Shown: positions 37,241 to 50,565 of the stretch, piece by piece
Layout of the letters: every line of letters begins with the position of its first letter
How positions within the stretch are numbered: position 1 is the first letter of the stretch
Origin: Lama glama
Lineage: Eukaryota
DNA length: 64,000 nt
Direction of reading: 5' to 3'
Assembly: GCA_028534125.1 (NCBI GenBank)
Contig: CM052816.1
Coordinates: forward strand, 13,828,001-13,892,000
Program-made: the position numbers and the translations under genes
Notes under the pieces: generated by a model
Told to the model about the DNA's origin: nothing
The model's input: only the letters and a program-made list of their open reading frames with translations
The model's database searches: none

Positions 37241-39285
37241 CCACTGCCACTTACTGGATGGCTCCTTCCATATTTTATTAAAGTAAGGAGCCACAGATCT
37301 TAAGATATCCCATCATTTTATGCCACACTGAGGAAAAGAATGCTGCACATCCTAAGGCTAGAGATGTTAACATACCAGAAGAAAAGTGTGCCTGAGGCCA
37401 GGGAGATGTTCTAAGTGCCTCACTGCACTGGGGGGCCTTGCCTCGGCTCCCTTACTTCCCCCCAGCAGCAGCCTCCCTTAGCAACCCCACTGTTACAGAG
37501 GAGGACACCTGGCTCAGAGCAGCGGAGCCTGAGCCCTGGTCAGGGACACAGCGCTAGGGAGCTGTGGAGCCTGGATGGGTCCTTGGCAACCTGCGGTGCC
37601 CCAAATCCCTGTCCCCAGCCACCAGGTCACGTCGCCTCCAAAGGCGATGGGCCATCTCTGTCACTCATTCCTTCTGGTGGACAGTCAGCTAAGTAAACCA
37701 AAAACACAACAGAGGCACCAGATTTCAAGGAAAAAGAAAACCTTGCCTTGTTCCTCTTCACAGGCTCCCCTGCGCTGGGCTCACCCCGAGTCTCAAGCTC
37801 CCCCTGAACTCTGGGGGTGCGTCCTCTGGCTGCCAGGTCAGGTGACCCATTTAGGAAGATCCTTGCAGCTCTAACCGTTCATTTCCTAGTTTAGAAGCCT
37901 CCTCAGCCCAAGGTCATTCTCTGACCCATCCCTCCTTTTTCCTGAACTCCAGTTGGTGATTTGTGCCAAATTCTGCAGCATCATCCTTGACCCTGAACTT
38001 TGTTCTTCCCACATCTTCCTTGCCTCCTCCCATCTTTCCAAGAGTCTTAACCCTCTGGCCTGACCCTGCCTTGTTCAAGAGCCTTATTCACGTCTTAATC
38101 ACATCCTAGCCCTGTTTCACACCTCCTTCTCACTTAAGGCTTTCTCAAATCCCTGTGTGTCAAAATGAAAATACAGGGAAAAGAGATGTGGAACAAGGAG
38201 GTGGTATGTGTGGGAAAAGCCAACTGGACAAGTTTCCTTGTTTTAATTTTTGACCCCAAGACCTCCCTCACCCACAGTGGGCTTTGGATCTACAAGCTGG
38301 CCTCTTGGTTTCCCAGCTTGTGTCATCATCGAGTATCTTCTTGCCCTCTGCCTTAGCCTCTTGGCTACCCTTCCTGTGATTTTCCACAGTGAAGACAGCA
38401 GCTGTACTTTAAGGCAATCTTCCCCATCTCTTTGAAGCACCCTTGTCCCCTCCCCTCCCAGCCACTGAGTCACTCTTTCCCTGCACATCTCTTCTCAGAG
38501 ACTTCCCGACACTGGAGATGAAGGGGGAGCCTTGGCACTCTGCTCTTTCCCCATCTTCCTCCCCTCTTCGACGAGAAGTTAAAATCACAGCTTGGACGTG
38601 CCTCCTAATGGGCAAAATCATTCCATTGGAAAAAAATGCCCATTTTCTTTTTCTCCTGATTATGTTTCTTCTCACTTGTCCCCTATCCTTCAGAATCTCT
38701 CCTTTTTGGCATGACTGTCTCAATTCAGCCTAACTTCCCACAAAGCCCCACTTGAACAAAATTTCCACTGTCCATCTATGTAAACCTTTACTGAAGGTTC
38801 GACATTATTTGTTTTCGGGGTTTGATCAAAGTGCTGACCCTGCTCAGGACAGGTTTCCTTTGTGCTAGGCGCCCCCAGGGAAGAGACCTGTCTGCTTTGT
38901 TCGTTCACTCTGTGCACCGCGAGGACACAGGAAGCACGTGCTGAGTGAATGAACGACTCACAGTCACTGCTGGGCTTTTGTGTCCATTTAGGAGGTAAAC
39001 GCCATGAAATATCTGTTTATTCAGCACATCCTTCTGAGACCCTACTACATGCCAGGCTCTGTGTTATAGTGGACATGAACAAAACCAGAGTCCCTGCTCT
39101 CTTGAAGGTTCACTTCTAATGGAAAAGGACTGTTGAAAAACCATTAAATTGGTGTCTAGCCTCCAAATATTGGACGCTAATAAAGGTGTTGGACAAAGTT
39201 TTAAAATGACCAAAAGTTGAATTGATACTCGTCCGGGTAGAGGTAAGAAACCAGAAAAGGGAGAGTCAGAGAATGAGATGAGAAC

Positions 39286-40090
39286 ATTTTTAAATAGCTC
39301 TACTGAGACATAAGTTACACACCATACGACTCACCCACTTAAAGCGTACAATTCAGTGGATTTGACTACGTTGACAGAGTTGTGCAACCACTGCCACTGT
39401 CTAATTTCAGGACATTTTCATCACGCTAAAAAAAAAAAAACCTACCCCCATTAAGCTGTCATTCCCCAGTCCCTCCTCCCCCAGCCCCAGCAACCACTAG
39501 TCTATTTTCTGTTTCTATGAATTTGCCTATTCTGGACATTTCACATGAATGAATCATATAATACAGAGTGTTCTGTGACCAGCCTCTTTCACTGGCATAT
39601 TGTTTTCAAGGTTCATCCATGTTGTAGCATTTTATCAGTACTTCACTCCTTTTTACAGCTGAAAAAATATTCCACTGTATGGATGCACCACATTTTATTT
39701 ATCCACTCACCATTTGATGGGCATCTGGCTTCCTTCCACTTTGGGGCTGCTATAAATATTGCCGCTATGAATATTAGTGCATATGTTTTTGTACAAACAT
39801 ATGTTTTCATTTCCCTTGGGTGTTCCTAGGGGTGAGACTGTTGGTGTTGGGTCTTAAGGCAACTCCATGGACGAGCATTTGAGGAACTACCAAACTGTTT
39901 TCCCAAGTGGCTGCACCAAGTTTACATTCCCACCAGTGAGGTACAAGGGCTCCAATTTCCCCACATCCTTGTCAACGCTTGTTATAATCCATCCTTTGAT
40001 TTGAGCCGTCCTAGCGGACGTGAATGGCATCTCATTGTGGTTTGATGGGCACGGCCCTGATGGCTAATGATGCTGAGCATCTTTCCACAT
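39286..40090 (-). mobile_element. L1MB-like LINE-1 3' end
   Basis: AGCTCTACTGAGACATAAG...CAGAGTTGTGCAACCAC...TTTGCCTATTCTGGACATTTCA...TTTACATTCCCACCAG...ATCTCATTGTGGTTT. Confidence 0.9.
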
Positions 40091-41589
40091 GGAGGTGAGA
40101 ATATCTGTATTATGTTTGCAAGGCAGCTACTGACCCGATGCCCAGCACAGTGCCTGCACGTCACAGGGACTCAGTCACAGTTGCTGAATGAACATAAGAA
40201 AGAATGGAACAAAGGAAAGTGCCTTGAAGGACACTGGTTGCTTAGCTACAGCAGGCCTGGAAGAGGAATGGTTGTATGAGGGAGAATATTTTGCAAAAAG
40301 GAAGCAATGTATTTTGACCCCTCCACCCCTACCCTGCGGTCTTTAAACCATGTTCCGTTTGGAGCCCTCTTACCCAGAGGCTGGGTCAGGAGGCCGGTCA
40401 CCCAGAGCCGGGGAAGGAAACGGGAACGCTGAATACTGAGGGCCGTCGGCTCAACTGCCAAGATTTGTGGAGAGAAGTTTTGCTCGAGCTCCCTTTTAAC
40501 ACAGCAAGGGCTGGTGGGCCGGGCAGACAGACTGTGGAGTTTCTACCACCGCGGACGGGGGTGCCCACTGGCCACTGGGGGTCAGCCATGAAGAAGATAT
40601 GAGTGTGTGTATGTGTGTGTATGTGTGCACACGCGCGTGTATGCACAGGGAGATGGAGGTGGCTGTGTCTGGCAAATTCCGATGAGCTGAAGGCACCCTG
40701 GCCCGGCTACGTGGGGAGGCCTGGAGCGACGAGAGGGTGGACAGGCCTGAGGCCACGGCGAGCGGGCGTGGTCTGCACCAGAGCTCCTGCTGCGCCCGTT
40801 GGGCGCGGATGCTGAGATGAAAGCCAGAGGCCATGGTGGGGCGACCTGCAGCAGGGCCAGCGGCAGACCTCCTGGGCTGGGAGACAGAGATTCTGAGGGG
40901 CCCGCACACGGCCAGCAAGAGCTAGTCAGCCAGGGAGCCATCAGGGAGACCAGGACCTCAGCCCGAGTCACAACGGCGCCAGGTGGGCAGTGACAGAGCA
41001 GGCGGAGGGCTTCACCCTGAGACCTCGGGCCCCAGCGGCACCTGAGCATCTGGCATCCTCCAGTGAGAGGCTGCGTGACCTCCCCTGACAGCTGGATGAC
41101 ACTTCCGAGGGGGCAGGGAGGGTGGCCGAAGACGGTGGAATGTGGGTGGAGCGCTGCGTAACAGGACTACCGAGATTCCTGTCCTGGGTGAGACCGAGGC
41201 TGTCACCTAACAGGCGAGGTCTTAGGAGGGGAGCCCCGACTACAGACAAAGAGCAACTACAGTCACATTGTGGGACAAAACCAGTGACCTGCACCTGGGC
41301 CTGCCGAGGGCTGACGGGCCCCGCGGTGAGCCGGGCCCGCGCCGGGCAGGGGGCGCCGGGACGTGGTCTGAGTCCGACCCCCGCCTGAGTGTGGCCGTGT
41401 CTGCGGCCGCTTCCAGGGGCCTGCTCTGGACTCAGGGAATCTGCACAAGAGAATTTCTCCTTGACAACCAGAGAAACAGCTCAAAGTGCACGTCCTTTGT
41501 CACGTTTGGCTGTGGTTCTGTTAGAAGCTCTTCGAGGCGTTAGGATGGGGCAGGCTGAGAAAACGTCACTCCTCTAACTGTGGCAGCTC

Positions 41590-41820
41590 CCGGTCTTTGA
41601 GCTGTCACTTTGTTTCAGGCGCTGTGACAGCACTTACATGGGTCACTGAGTCCTCCCAGAAATCCTGTGACAGCAGGTACATTGACTGGTTATGCTTTAT
41701 AGATAAAGAAACCGAGGGCTTGGTGAGGTTTCCCAGGATCTACTGTGGGTAAGAGCTTGGATTAATATTTGAACACAGTGATTTGACGGCAGAGGCTGGG
41801 TACTTGAGCACTGTGTACAC
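41590..41820 (-). mobile_element. MIR SINE
   Basis: TTTATAGATAAAGAAACCGAGGGC...GGTTTCCCAGGATC core. Confidence 0.65.
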
Positions 41821-42140
41821 TGCCTCACATTTTTCTATCCACAAATCTCCCTTATAAGTGAAGCAAGATCTGGTTAAGGGCTGTTTATTTTTAAAAATTT
41901 TTTTAATGTTATTGGTTTTTATTTGGAAAAAAAAATACATGCTCATTTCACAGTAATAAGGATGGTTAGATAGAAAAATGACATGCAACCAAAGTGGTAG
42001 AGAACCTGAGTGAGAACACTTTTCAGGGACTCTTACCCCAGCACAAGCCAACTCCAGCAAACTCAAGGTCTCAGCTTTGCTGGTTATGTGACTGTCCCTG
42101 AAAGACACTACACTCAGCTCAGCTCAAAGCATGTGTGCTT

Positions 42141-42280
42141 CCACCCACCCATCCATCCACTCACCTACCCAGCCACCCACCCATCCATCTAGCCATCCAT
42201 CTATATCCATGCATCCATCCACTCACTCAACCATCCACCTACCCATCCATCTATCCATTCATTCGTGCATCCATCCATCC
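42141..42280. repeat. Degenerate (CCAT)n/(CCAC)n tetranucleotide tract, likely an expanded L2 tail
   Basis: CCACCCACCCATCCATCCAC...CATCCATCCATCC, followed by antisense L2 sequence. Confidence 0.85.
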
Positions 42281-42489
42281 GTTTTTTCAGTTCACAGTTA
42301 TTGAGCCAAGTATTTACAAAGCACTAGGGACCCAAATGCATAAGGAAGTTCCTCCCTTTGAGAAGTTCACAGTTGGGGCAGAAAACACCCCCGGAGAACA
42401 GTGTCTACAGGTATGGATGATGGTCCAGCCTGCGTGGAGTTCTGAGCAGACAGGAAAGGGAGGGAAGAGAGGCAGGCAAGAGAAGGAGG

Positions 42490-43420
42490 GGTTTGCCCTG
42501 GAATGAGCTACCCCCAGACCTCTGCACCTTCTCTTTCTTCAGGTCTCAGCTTAAACGTCACCTCCTCAGAGAGTTCTGTCTGATCACCTATTCTAGAGTT
42601 GGTTTTACTCTTTATTCTCTGTCTTGGCTCCTTGAGACCGAATTTTTCTTTCTTTGCCCTGTAATTTGTGTGTGTGTGTCTGTGTGTGTGTGTGTGTGTG
42701 TATTATCTGTAAAGTTCCAGGTTCAATGTGGTCCCATGAGGACAGGAACAATGTCTTACTTTTTTCACAAAAGTATCTCCAAAGCCTGACATATGGGTGT
42801 TCAGTTTGTTGCCTGAATGAATAAAGGTTGGAACCAGGTCATAAAGAGCCTTGAATGCCAAGCTAAGAAGTTTGGGCTCTGACTTGCAGGCAGTGAGGAG
42901 TAATGGAGGGTGCCTGGGCAAGGATGAGGCATGATCAGATCTGTGGTTTGGGAGGACAAAGCTGGAGGTGCGGTGGGTGAGGTAAGAGAATAAGCTACAG
43001 AGAGAAAAAATGAGAAGCCATCACCTTGGACAGGGGTCAAGACTTTGCTGGCCTGACCCAAGACACTACTGGGAGGGAAGGAAAGGAACGAAAATGTAAG
43101 GACTCTTTAGGTCAAACCATTAGAAGATGCCTGTGGGCAGTGAGGGAAAGCAAATCCGACTAAGGTCTGTAGTTTGGGTTACTTTGTAACCACTGCACTG
43201 TCACTTATTAAAGCAGAGGCAATTAGGGATTCTGGAGACATGGGTGGAAGCTGAGGCAGGCAAGGGCGCGTGGGGGGACAAAAGAGCACATATGTGGTTA
43301 AGAGGGAACACCTGGGACTGACCCTGGAGGGATGATGGACGTCAAAGCAGGGCTAAAAGACAAGAAGCCAGGAAAGGACGCTGAGCAAGGGCAGTTAAAG
43401 AGGAGGACCCAGAAGCCAGA
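42490..43420. mobile_element. Two adjacent L2 fragments in opposite orientation, with (TG)n at ~42667-42700
   Basis: TTCAGGTCTCAGCTTAAACGTCACCTCCTCAGAGAG...GAATGAATA (sense), then CCAGGTCATAAAGAGCCTTGAATGCCAAGCTAAGAAGTTTGG (antisense). Confidence 0.7.
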
Positions 43421-46400
43421 GCTCTTATTGAAACCAGACAGAGGAGGACGGTCTAGAGTGAGACCAGAAGCACTGCTGCCCGGGGGGGGGGGGGGCTGCA
43501 GGAGAGCCCACAGGAGAGAGCGTGGAGACTGGGGTCAGGCTGCCCCTCAGCTCCAGACATGCAGGAAGGCGGGCGAAATGGGTTGGATCTTCTGAGGGTT
43601 AAAGAGGACAGGGAGCTCGAGTTCCAGGTGAAATCTCCCCATGGGTAGATGTCAAACTGATTAAGAACAACCACAACCACAACGTGGCTCCAGCAAAGCG
43701 TGTGTCCCTAGGCCACCTCCAGCTCCTGGGTCAGCAGTCGCAAGCCCAGTTTTGGAGGACACCATGGGCAAGCTTTTCCAAGGGCATCTTCATGGAAGGA
43801 GGACCCCAGAGGGCGGGGGGTGACTGAGAGGGGTTGGAGCACCGACTTTATAGGGGGATGCTCAGCCACGGGGAAGCTGAGAGAGACTTGGGAACTAGAG
43901 GGTCCCAGGGAGTGGGGGGAGGGGCCTTCAGGTGAAAGACACTTAGCAGGTTTGGAGGATGAAGGGAAGGAGTGAGACGATGGCATTCTTGCCTTTTTGG
44001 AGGGCTTTACAAAGGTTATCGTTTTCCCCTTTAAATTAGAAAAACCCCTGTGATGCATTTTCACAGACTCCATCCCACTCTCTAGAGGCCAACATTTTTT
44101 TCAAGTTTCTATCTATGTATCTACACATACAATTTAAAAAATCAATGATGGGATATTTCCACACGTATTGCTCTAGGGCATTCTTTCCCCTACTCCTCTG
44201 TGTCCTGCCTAGCTCTCTTTTTTACGGCTGCCTGGGGTTTGCCTGGCTGTATAACGTATCATCCCACTAACGACGCAATATGGTTTCCAAGTTCTTGCTA
44301 TGGCAAACAGGGCCGCTGTGAACCTCGCACAGCGGTCTCTGGGCCCTGGGTTGAACCTTTCCCTAAGACGAATTCTTCACGTGGGGCTCAGCCGTCACAG
44401 AGCCTGCACGGCATGCAGTTTCCTGGAAGGACCTGGTGCATCTGCCTGCTCTTCCCTCGGGGCCTGGGGCTGAGAAATGCGGGAAGAAGGTGTGTTCCTG
44501 AGGAAGTTTATATACTGGAAACAGGCTTCCATGTATCCCAATCTGATGACTATATAGCTTTTTAATCAAGACGCTGTGGGTCAGGTGGCTCTTGTGCACA
44601 GGTAACGCTTAGTCACTGAGCTGATAAATATGGAACACACACAAATCACTCTCAGAGAGAAAGGAACAGTCTACTCTTGTTGGTTTGAACATCCATCTTC
44701 TAGGCCTAGAGTCAACATTTAAAGAAGATACTGGCTCCTGAGGGCCCGCTGAAATACGCTAGAAGAGCCATGCTGTGAGAAACTTGCTCACAGGTTTCAG
44801 GGAGACCAGAGGCTGAAGGCCATTAAATAAACGTTTAACATGGTATGTCTGGGATTTGCTATTTAATCTGTGAAATCATCAGTTTAATTATATTTGCAGA
44901 TCATTCTTTGGCACAGAGGGGGGAAAACTGTCTCTCACTCCTCCAGAGAACACAAAAACAGGCAGGACAAAGATGAAGCATAAACAGCTTCTTTCAAGGG
45001 CCCTGATTTCCCCGCCGCGGTCCACACACTTAGCTCAGAGCGCCCTCTCCTGGACCTCGGCGCCACTGCACCAGCCCGGGCCCAGCCCACCAAGGGCAGG
45101 ACCAGCCTGACTGTCACGCTTGGAAAGTGGCTCCAGTTCTAACTTCAACACATCTTTGAGTTTTTTTCTGCCTTAGCCACTGAAACTCCAAGATGTCCTT
45201 TTTCAATATTTGTGCTACATTTTCAAGTTACGCAAGACTCTGTCTCCTCTTTAAGAATGAGTCTTTAGTGACTCTTAAAAAAAAAAAAACCTCAGGTCTG
45301 AGTTTAAGCCATTGGGATTCCACGTAAGTTTATTAACTGTCGGGGATAAATTCATAATTTTGGATAAGTGGACACTAGGTCCAGAAGCCCAAAGAGAATG
45401 GCAAACAGTTTGATGTGTCATTACCCAATGCTTTTAAGCAAAATATGTTTAAGACTAAGGGCTTTTGTCCGTCCCGCTCTGGAAAGTTGCCAGGACCTTA
45501 GGTCAGACATTAATGTCCTCCGTGCACTGAACAGGTTCTTTGTACCTATTACGGGCCAGGGCGTGTTCACAATGGGGGGCCAGAGGAGGGCAGTGCCACT
45601 TTAATCCCTCCTGTGTGATAATTAGGTGGTGTTTTTATTGCAAAATACTTAAAATTCTATGAGCGTCACGATGGGCTACTGGAGCCTCAGTAATGTGCTT
45701 TCAAATTACCTGCTAATCTAGCATGTGCTGCAAATGTTAAATTTCACTAGCCTAATCCTCTCAACTCAGAAATGGCTTCTTTCTAACTTCTTGAAAGGGG
45801 CTATTCAATCCTCCAAGGGACACGCTCATAATCTGTTTTGATAGGAAGGAGGAGGCAGGATGAAAGAAAACAGCTTTTTCGAAAAACTGCCTGTTTTCCT
45901 TGGAGCCAAGGTGTGCAGAGCTGGGGCTGGGCCCTGTTTGGATGTGGGAGCCCGCAGTTACCTGGCACTTCCTTCATATATCCTGCTGGGTCAGCACCAG
46001 GCCTGTAACCCATGGCTCACCATCCCCCGCCTCCGCCCCGGCCCTGCTCATCCTTTGGGCAGAAGAGAAGCCCCTTTCTCTCTCTGTGTATCTCCCTCTT
46101 TCTCCCTATTTTTCATTCAAGTGTGGAAGCCCTGAGGCCCATTCCTCAGACTGAGGGGCATCAGGCCCTGGACAGGACCAGGCCCAGAGAGGAGGATCCT
46201 TCCTTGCAACCAGACCCCAATATTTACGGAGTCAAAGACAGTAGGAACAGCACTGGGGAGTGAGCCAGGCAAGGTCATCCAGGAGAGATAAGGAAATGAC
46301 GCAAGGCCGAGGGCTTCAGGAGCCAAATCTCAACACAGCTTCCAATGAGATTCCACTAGTTATTTATGCTCTGACTTTTACTAAACTTCAGACGAACCTC

Positions 46401-46669
46401 AGAGAGGCAGACATCCTTTCGTCCTCACTTCTCTTGGATTTATAACCGTAATACGATGCTTCTTTGGGAAAGTCATGGATCCTTCTGGTCTGCTATCCAA
46501 ATCATAAGTGAATCTGGTTTTTTTAAAAAAGCTAACCTTCTCTCCAAAATCACTCCAGATTTCCAAGGGGGTGATTCTGAACGACTGTCTTTTGTGGGCT
46601 TGCTCCATCAAAAGTTCTAAATATTCAGGTGCCTTTCCCTAGGTTACACTCTTCAATTAAATCCGGTTC

Positions 46670-47210
46670 ATTCAGTTCAACTCACCAGATATTTATGGAG
46701 CCGAGGCTGTTAGAAAAAGACCTGGACTCTGCCCTCAGGAAAGTCACAGACCATGGGGTGAGACAGATACATAAGCAAATCATTTCAGCCCCACAGGGTA
46801 AGTGCAATGATAGAATTATATACAAGGCAGCTCTTCCAAGCCTCTGCTCTCAAGGAGTTATGGTCTAGAGGTGGAGCCAGACATTAATCGGAAAATTATA
46901 CAAATAAAAGTAGAGTTTAAACTGACCAGGGCCATGGAGGAGAGGCAGGTGGCACTGTGAGAGCTTTAATGAGACATCTGGCCAGGGTGGGGGTGAGGGG
47001 GTTGAGTAGGGTATCCTTGAAGAAATCTCAGTTGAGATGCGAAAGATGACTCAGTGAATTCGCTGTAAAGCGGAGGGAACAGTGGTCCTGACAGAGGGAA
47101 AGCATGTGCAAAGGAACTGTGGCAGGAGATCACATAGTGTATCCAAGGGACCAAACCAAAGCTGGCGTGGCTGGAACACAGGACTGGAGGGGGATGCTGG
47201 GGTGGCCAGG
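46670..47210 (-). mobile_element. L2 fragments
   Basis: GACTCTGCCCTCAGGAAAGTCACAG and CTGCTCTCAAGGAGTTATGGTCTAG; CAGAGGGAAAGCATGTGCAAAGG. Confidence 0.7.
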
Positions 47211-48409
47211 CCAGAGAGGTCAGCCGTAGCCTTCGCTTCTGTGTGCTTATTTCCTCATCTGTGTGAAGGAGATGAGAGCAGTACCCAGCTCGCAGGAATA
47301 AGTGAATCCCTTTTAGCACTTAGAGGAGCGCCTGTGAGTATCAGCTGCTGCTACTGCTGCAATTATCATCCTCGTCATCTCACCAGGATGAGCCTGCGAG
47401 GAGGACCGTGCTGGCCCAGGTCACGTCCTTCTTTCTAACACTTCACACTGGCTATGTGGGCACAGGTCCACGGAGGTCTCAGAGGCCACAGAAATCAGCA
47501 TACGCTCCTGTCAGGGTAACCACTGGCTTTCTGGAGACATTCTGAATGAGTGACCGGCTGGGCTGCTGACCACAGGGCTCAAAAACAGCCACCAAGACTT
47601 CATCCCCAAATACCCAGGAAAAAACGAGACAGAGGAAGGAGGACAGGGCCTCCCGAGAGAAGGCTTGTCTATAAATGGAAAATTACTCTGAAAGAAAACA
47701 AATCTTACTTGATGTGAACCCATTTTTGACTCTGTCTGGAAATCCAGGGCAGAAGGAAGTGGAGGGGACAGGGAGTGAGCAGATGTGCCCAGGCCGAGGC
47801 TGCCTGCCCAGGGACCAGCGTGTACTGTCACCAGGACGGTGACGAGGAGCTGCGGCTGGCTGCCAAGGCACTCACCCCTGGAGCCAGACACTGGGCAGAC
47901 CCAGGCGCTCCCAGGCTGTCTCTGTGCCCTGACGTGTGCCCGGGCTGCAGAGGTTGGCCCCCGGGCAGAGATGGGAGAAGGGAGGTGAGGAGGGATGGGC
48001 AACATGGAAGCAGCATCAGGGGAGATGGGAGAGCAGGGCTGGGATCCTGGGCACTTCCGTTTCCTAAAATGGGTTGTCATGGCATGGAACCGGGTAACCT
48101 ATCCGGTAAGTGCTCAGTCAACATCAGTTTAAAGATCAATTAGGACTCTCTTTAGAGCAATCTGGAGCCTCCGGTACCCAGGGCTTTTTATCCCAGCTCT
48201 GTAACCCATTTGCAGCGTGGCATCAGGGGATTTCCCAACATCTCAGTGCGCTGTATGTCTCATTAGAAAAGAACTGCAACCTGACCATTTAAATGGCTCT
48301 GCTTCAAAAATATTAACAATAATAAGAGGTGACACCAGGCGACATGTTTTCACTACATGCCAAACACTGTAAAGAACTTTCTGGGGAGGTTACAGCCCCA
48401 ATCCTGAGA

Positions 48410-48640
48410 CCCGAAGTCAGAATGTCTGGGTTCGAATAACAGGCCAGGCCTTTCCTGGACCTGCGGACTGGAGCAATTACTTAATCTCCCTGGGCTTCAG
48501 TTTCCTCATCTGTAAAATGGGAATGTATTTTGTTGACACATTTGAATAAATTGTATTATATACCACATGATGGGGCTCAGGAAGGACTAGAGGAGGAAGT
48601 GCAGAAAGAGGCACTGAGCAGAGAGCCTGGTCCTGCACAC
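48410..48640 (+). mobile_element. MIR SINE
   Basis: CTGGGTTCGAAT...ACTTAATCTCCCTGGGCTTCAGTTTCCTCATCTGTAAAATGGG. Confidence 0.85.
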
Positions 48641-48764
48641 TGAAACATTCAAGCTTACCGTCACCATGAAGTCTCTCAATCCATGTGACCCATTCCTCCT
48701 GTTACAGCCCAGAAAACTGAGGCTAAAAAAAGGTGGTGTGTCCACATGGTGCAGATTACTTTAC

Positions 48765-49283
48765 AACTAGAAAGAAAGGAGCCATCAAGCCATGAAAAGA
48801 CATGGAGGAAACTTGAATGCATTTTACTGAGAGAAAGAAGCCAATCCGGAAAGGCTACACACTGTACGATTCCAACTATATGACATTCTGGAAAAGGCAA
48901 AACTATGGAGGCAGTAAAAAGATCAAACAGTTTCCGGGAGAGGAAGGTAGGGATGACCCGGGGGAGCACAGAATTTTTAGGCAGGTGAAGCCATTCTGTC
49001 TGATACTACATGGTAGCTACGTGTTACTGTATATTTATCCAGACCCACAGAACGTACACCACCAAGAGTGAGTCCTAATATAAACGATGGATTTGGGGCG
49101 ATTTTACTGTGTTAGTGTAGGCCACTCAGTTGTAGCAGATGTACCTGTCTGGTGGGGATGCTGGTGATGGAGGACGCTGTGCTTGCGTGGTGGAGGGGAC
49201 ACGTGGGAAATCTCTGCACCTTTCTCTTTATTTTGCTGTGAACCTAAAACTGCTCTTAAAGAAAGTCTGTTGAAAAAAAAAAA
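48765..49283 (+). mobile_element. L1MC1-like LINE-1 3' end inserted in a MIR
   Basis: ATCAAGCCATGAAAAGACATGGAGGAAACTTGAATGCAT...GACATTCTGGAAAAGGCAAAACTATGGAG...GCTGTGAACCTAAAACTGCTCT plus poly-A. Confidence 0.9.
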
Positions 49284-49979
49284 GATTATGTGGCACAGCT
49301 CTTAGGAGGCAGAGCCGAGATTCGGAGTTTACTTTATCTGAGCTCAGAGCCAGGGGTCTCGCCCACTTCGCTCAGCCGTGGTGGAAGATTCGGGCTCTGG
49401 TGGGCTGAAGCCGGGCACAGGGGAGAAGTGGGCTGAGGCTCAGGGAGGAAGGACTCAGGGCCCCTCTGGGCTACCTCTGTGTGCTCCGTGGTCTACAGGT
49501 GGGATCCCCAGTGCTCACCTCTCTGAGCCACAGGCCCTGCCCGAAAGGCTCACGGGCGGGAGGCGTGGGTGCTGCTGCCTCACCCCACCCACCCGTTCAC
49601 ACGGGCTCGCTCCTAGAGGGGGACCATCTGGCTGCGTGCACACTGCAAGGGGTACGTGTGTGCTGAGCTCTCTCCAACTCAGTCCCTCACCTCCAAAATA
49701 CAGGAACTCCCATTCTCAGGGTTAGCACATTTCCAGAACCTGCGCCTTGTAGTGGCTTATATGTGCTGATCACATTTTTCCATGAGAGTAATAGAGCACT
49801 TGAAAGCTATATATTTCAGATCTCAGTCCATAATGTGACATTAAAACAACATCCAGTCACTATAAACAGCTGTTATAGTTTCAAATAAGGAGGCTATAAG
49901 CCAAACTCTCAAAGATATGTATTGAATACAAAGGGGGTTGAACAATCACCATTGTCAGCATCACCTCACAGCCACGGTC

Positions 49980-50200
49980 ATCATTTATCAGCCACGTAAG
50001 AAGTTTCAAGTTCTGGGTTAAGCGGGTTACATGCCTTAAGTCATGTGCTCTTCACCTTTGAGGTGGGCAGTAGTGCCACCATCATTCTGCAGATGGGGAA
50101 ACCGAAGCTCAGAGAGGTTAGGTGACTTCCCAAGGACACACAGCCACTAACTAAGCAGTGGACTCCACAAACTGCCCTACTCATCTCTGCTGGCCTTTTG
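49980..50200 (-). mobile_element. MIR SINE
   Basis: CAGATGGGGAAACCGAAGCTCAGAGAGGTTAGGTGACTTCCCAAGGACACACAGC. Confidence 0.85.
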
Positions 50201-50409
50201 AACCTTTTGCAGTTATCATCTTGATTAATCCCCATGGATTCACTCTCCCTTCTGCTTTAAATGTCAGGCTGTAGCAATGTGCATGGTATAGGGGAGCTGC
50301 CAATCAAGGGTACGCTCCACCCCTCCCCATGCACAGCCCGTCCTCCACCATCTACCTGCCCTGCCCTCCGCCACCCCCACCTCCTCTCAGAGGAACCTTC
50401 TGTCTACTC

Positions 50410-50565
50410 GGTGCTTCCAAACTAGAGGATGCCTATGAATCACCTGGGGAGGTTCATTATAACGTAGACTTAGTAGGTCTGATGCAGGGCCCAGGAATCA
50501 GCATTTTACAACAAACTGCCCATGCAATTCTGATTTGGATGATCCTTGGATCATACTCTGAGAAG
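50410..50565. mobile_element. MER5-family hAT element
   Basis: GAATCACCTGGGGAGG...TAGTAGGTCTG...GGGCCCAGGAATCAGCATTTTA...CATACTCTGAGAA. Confidence 0.7.
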
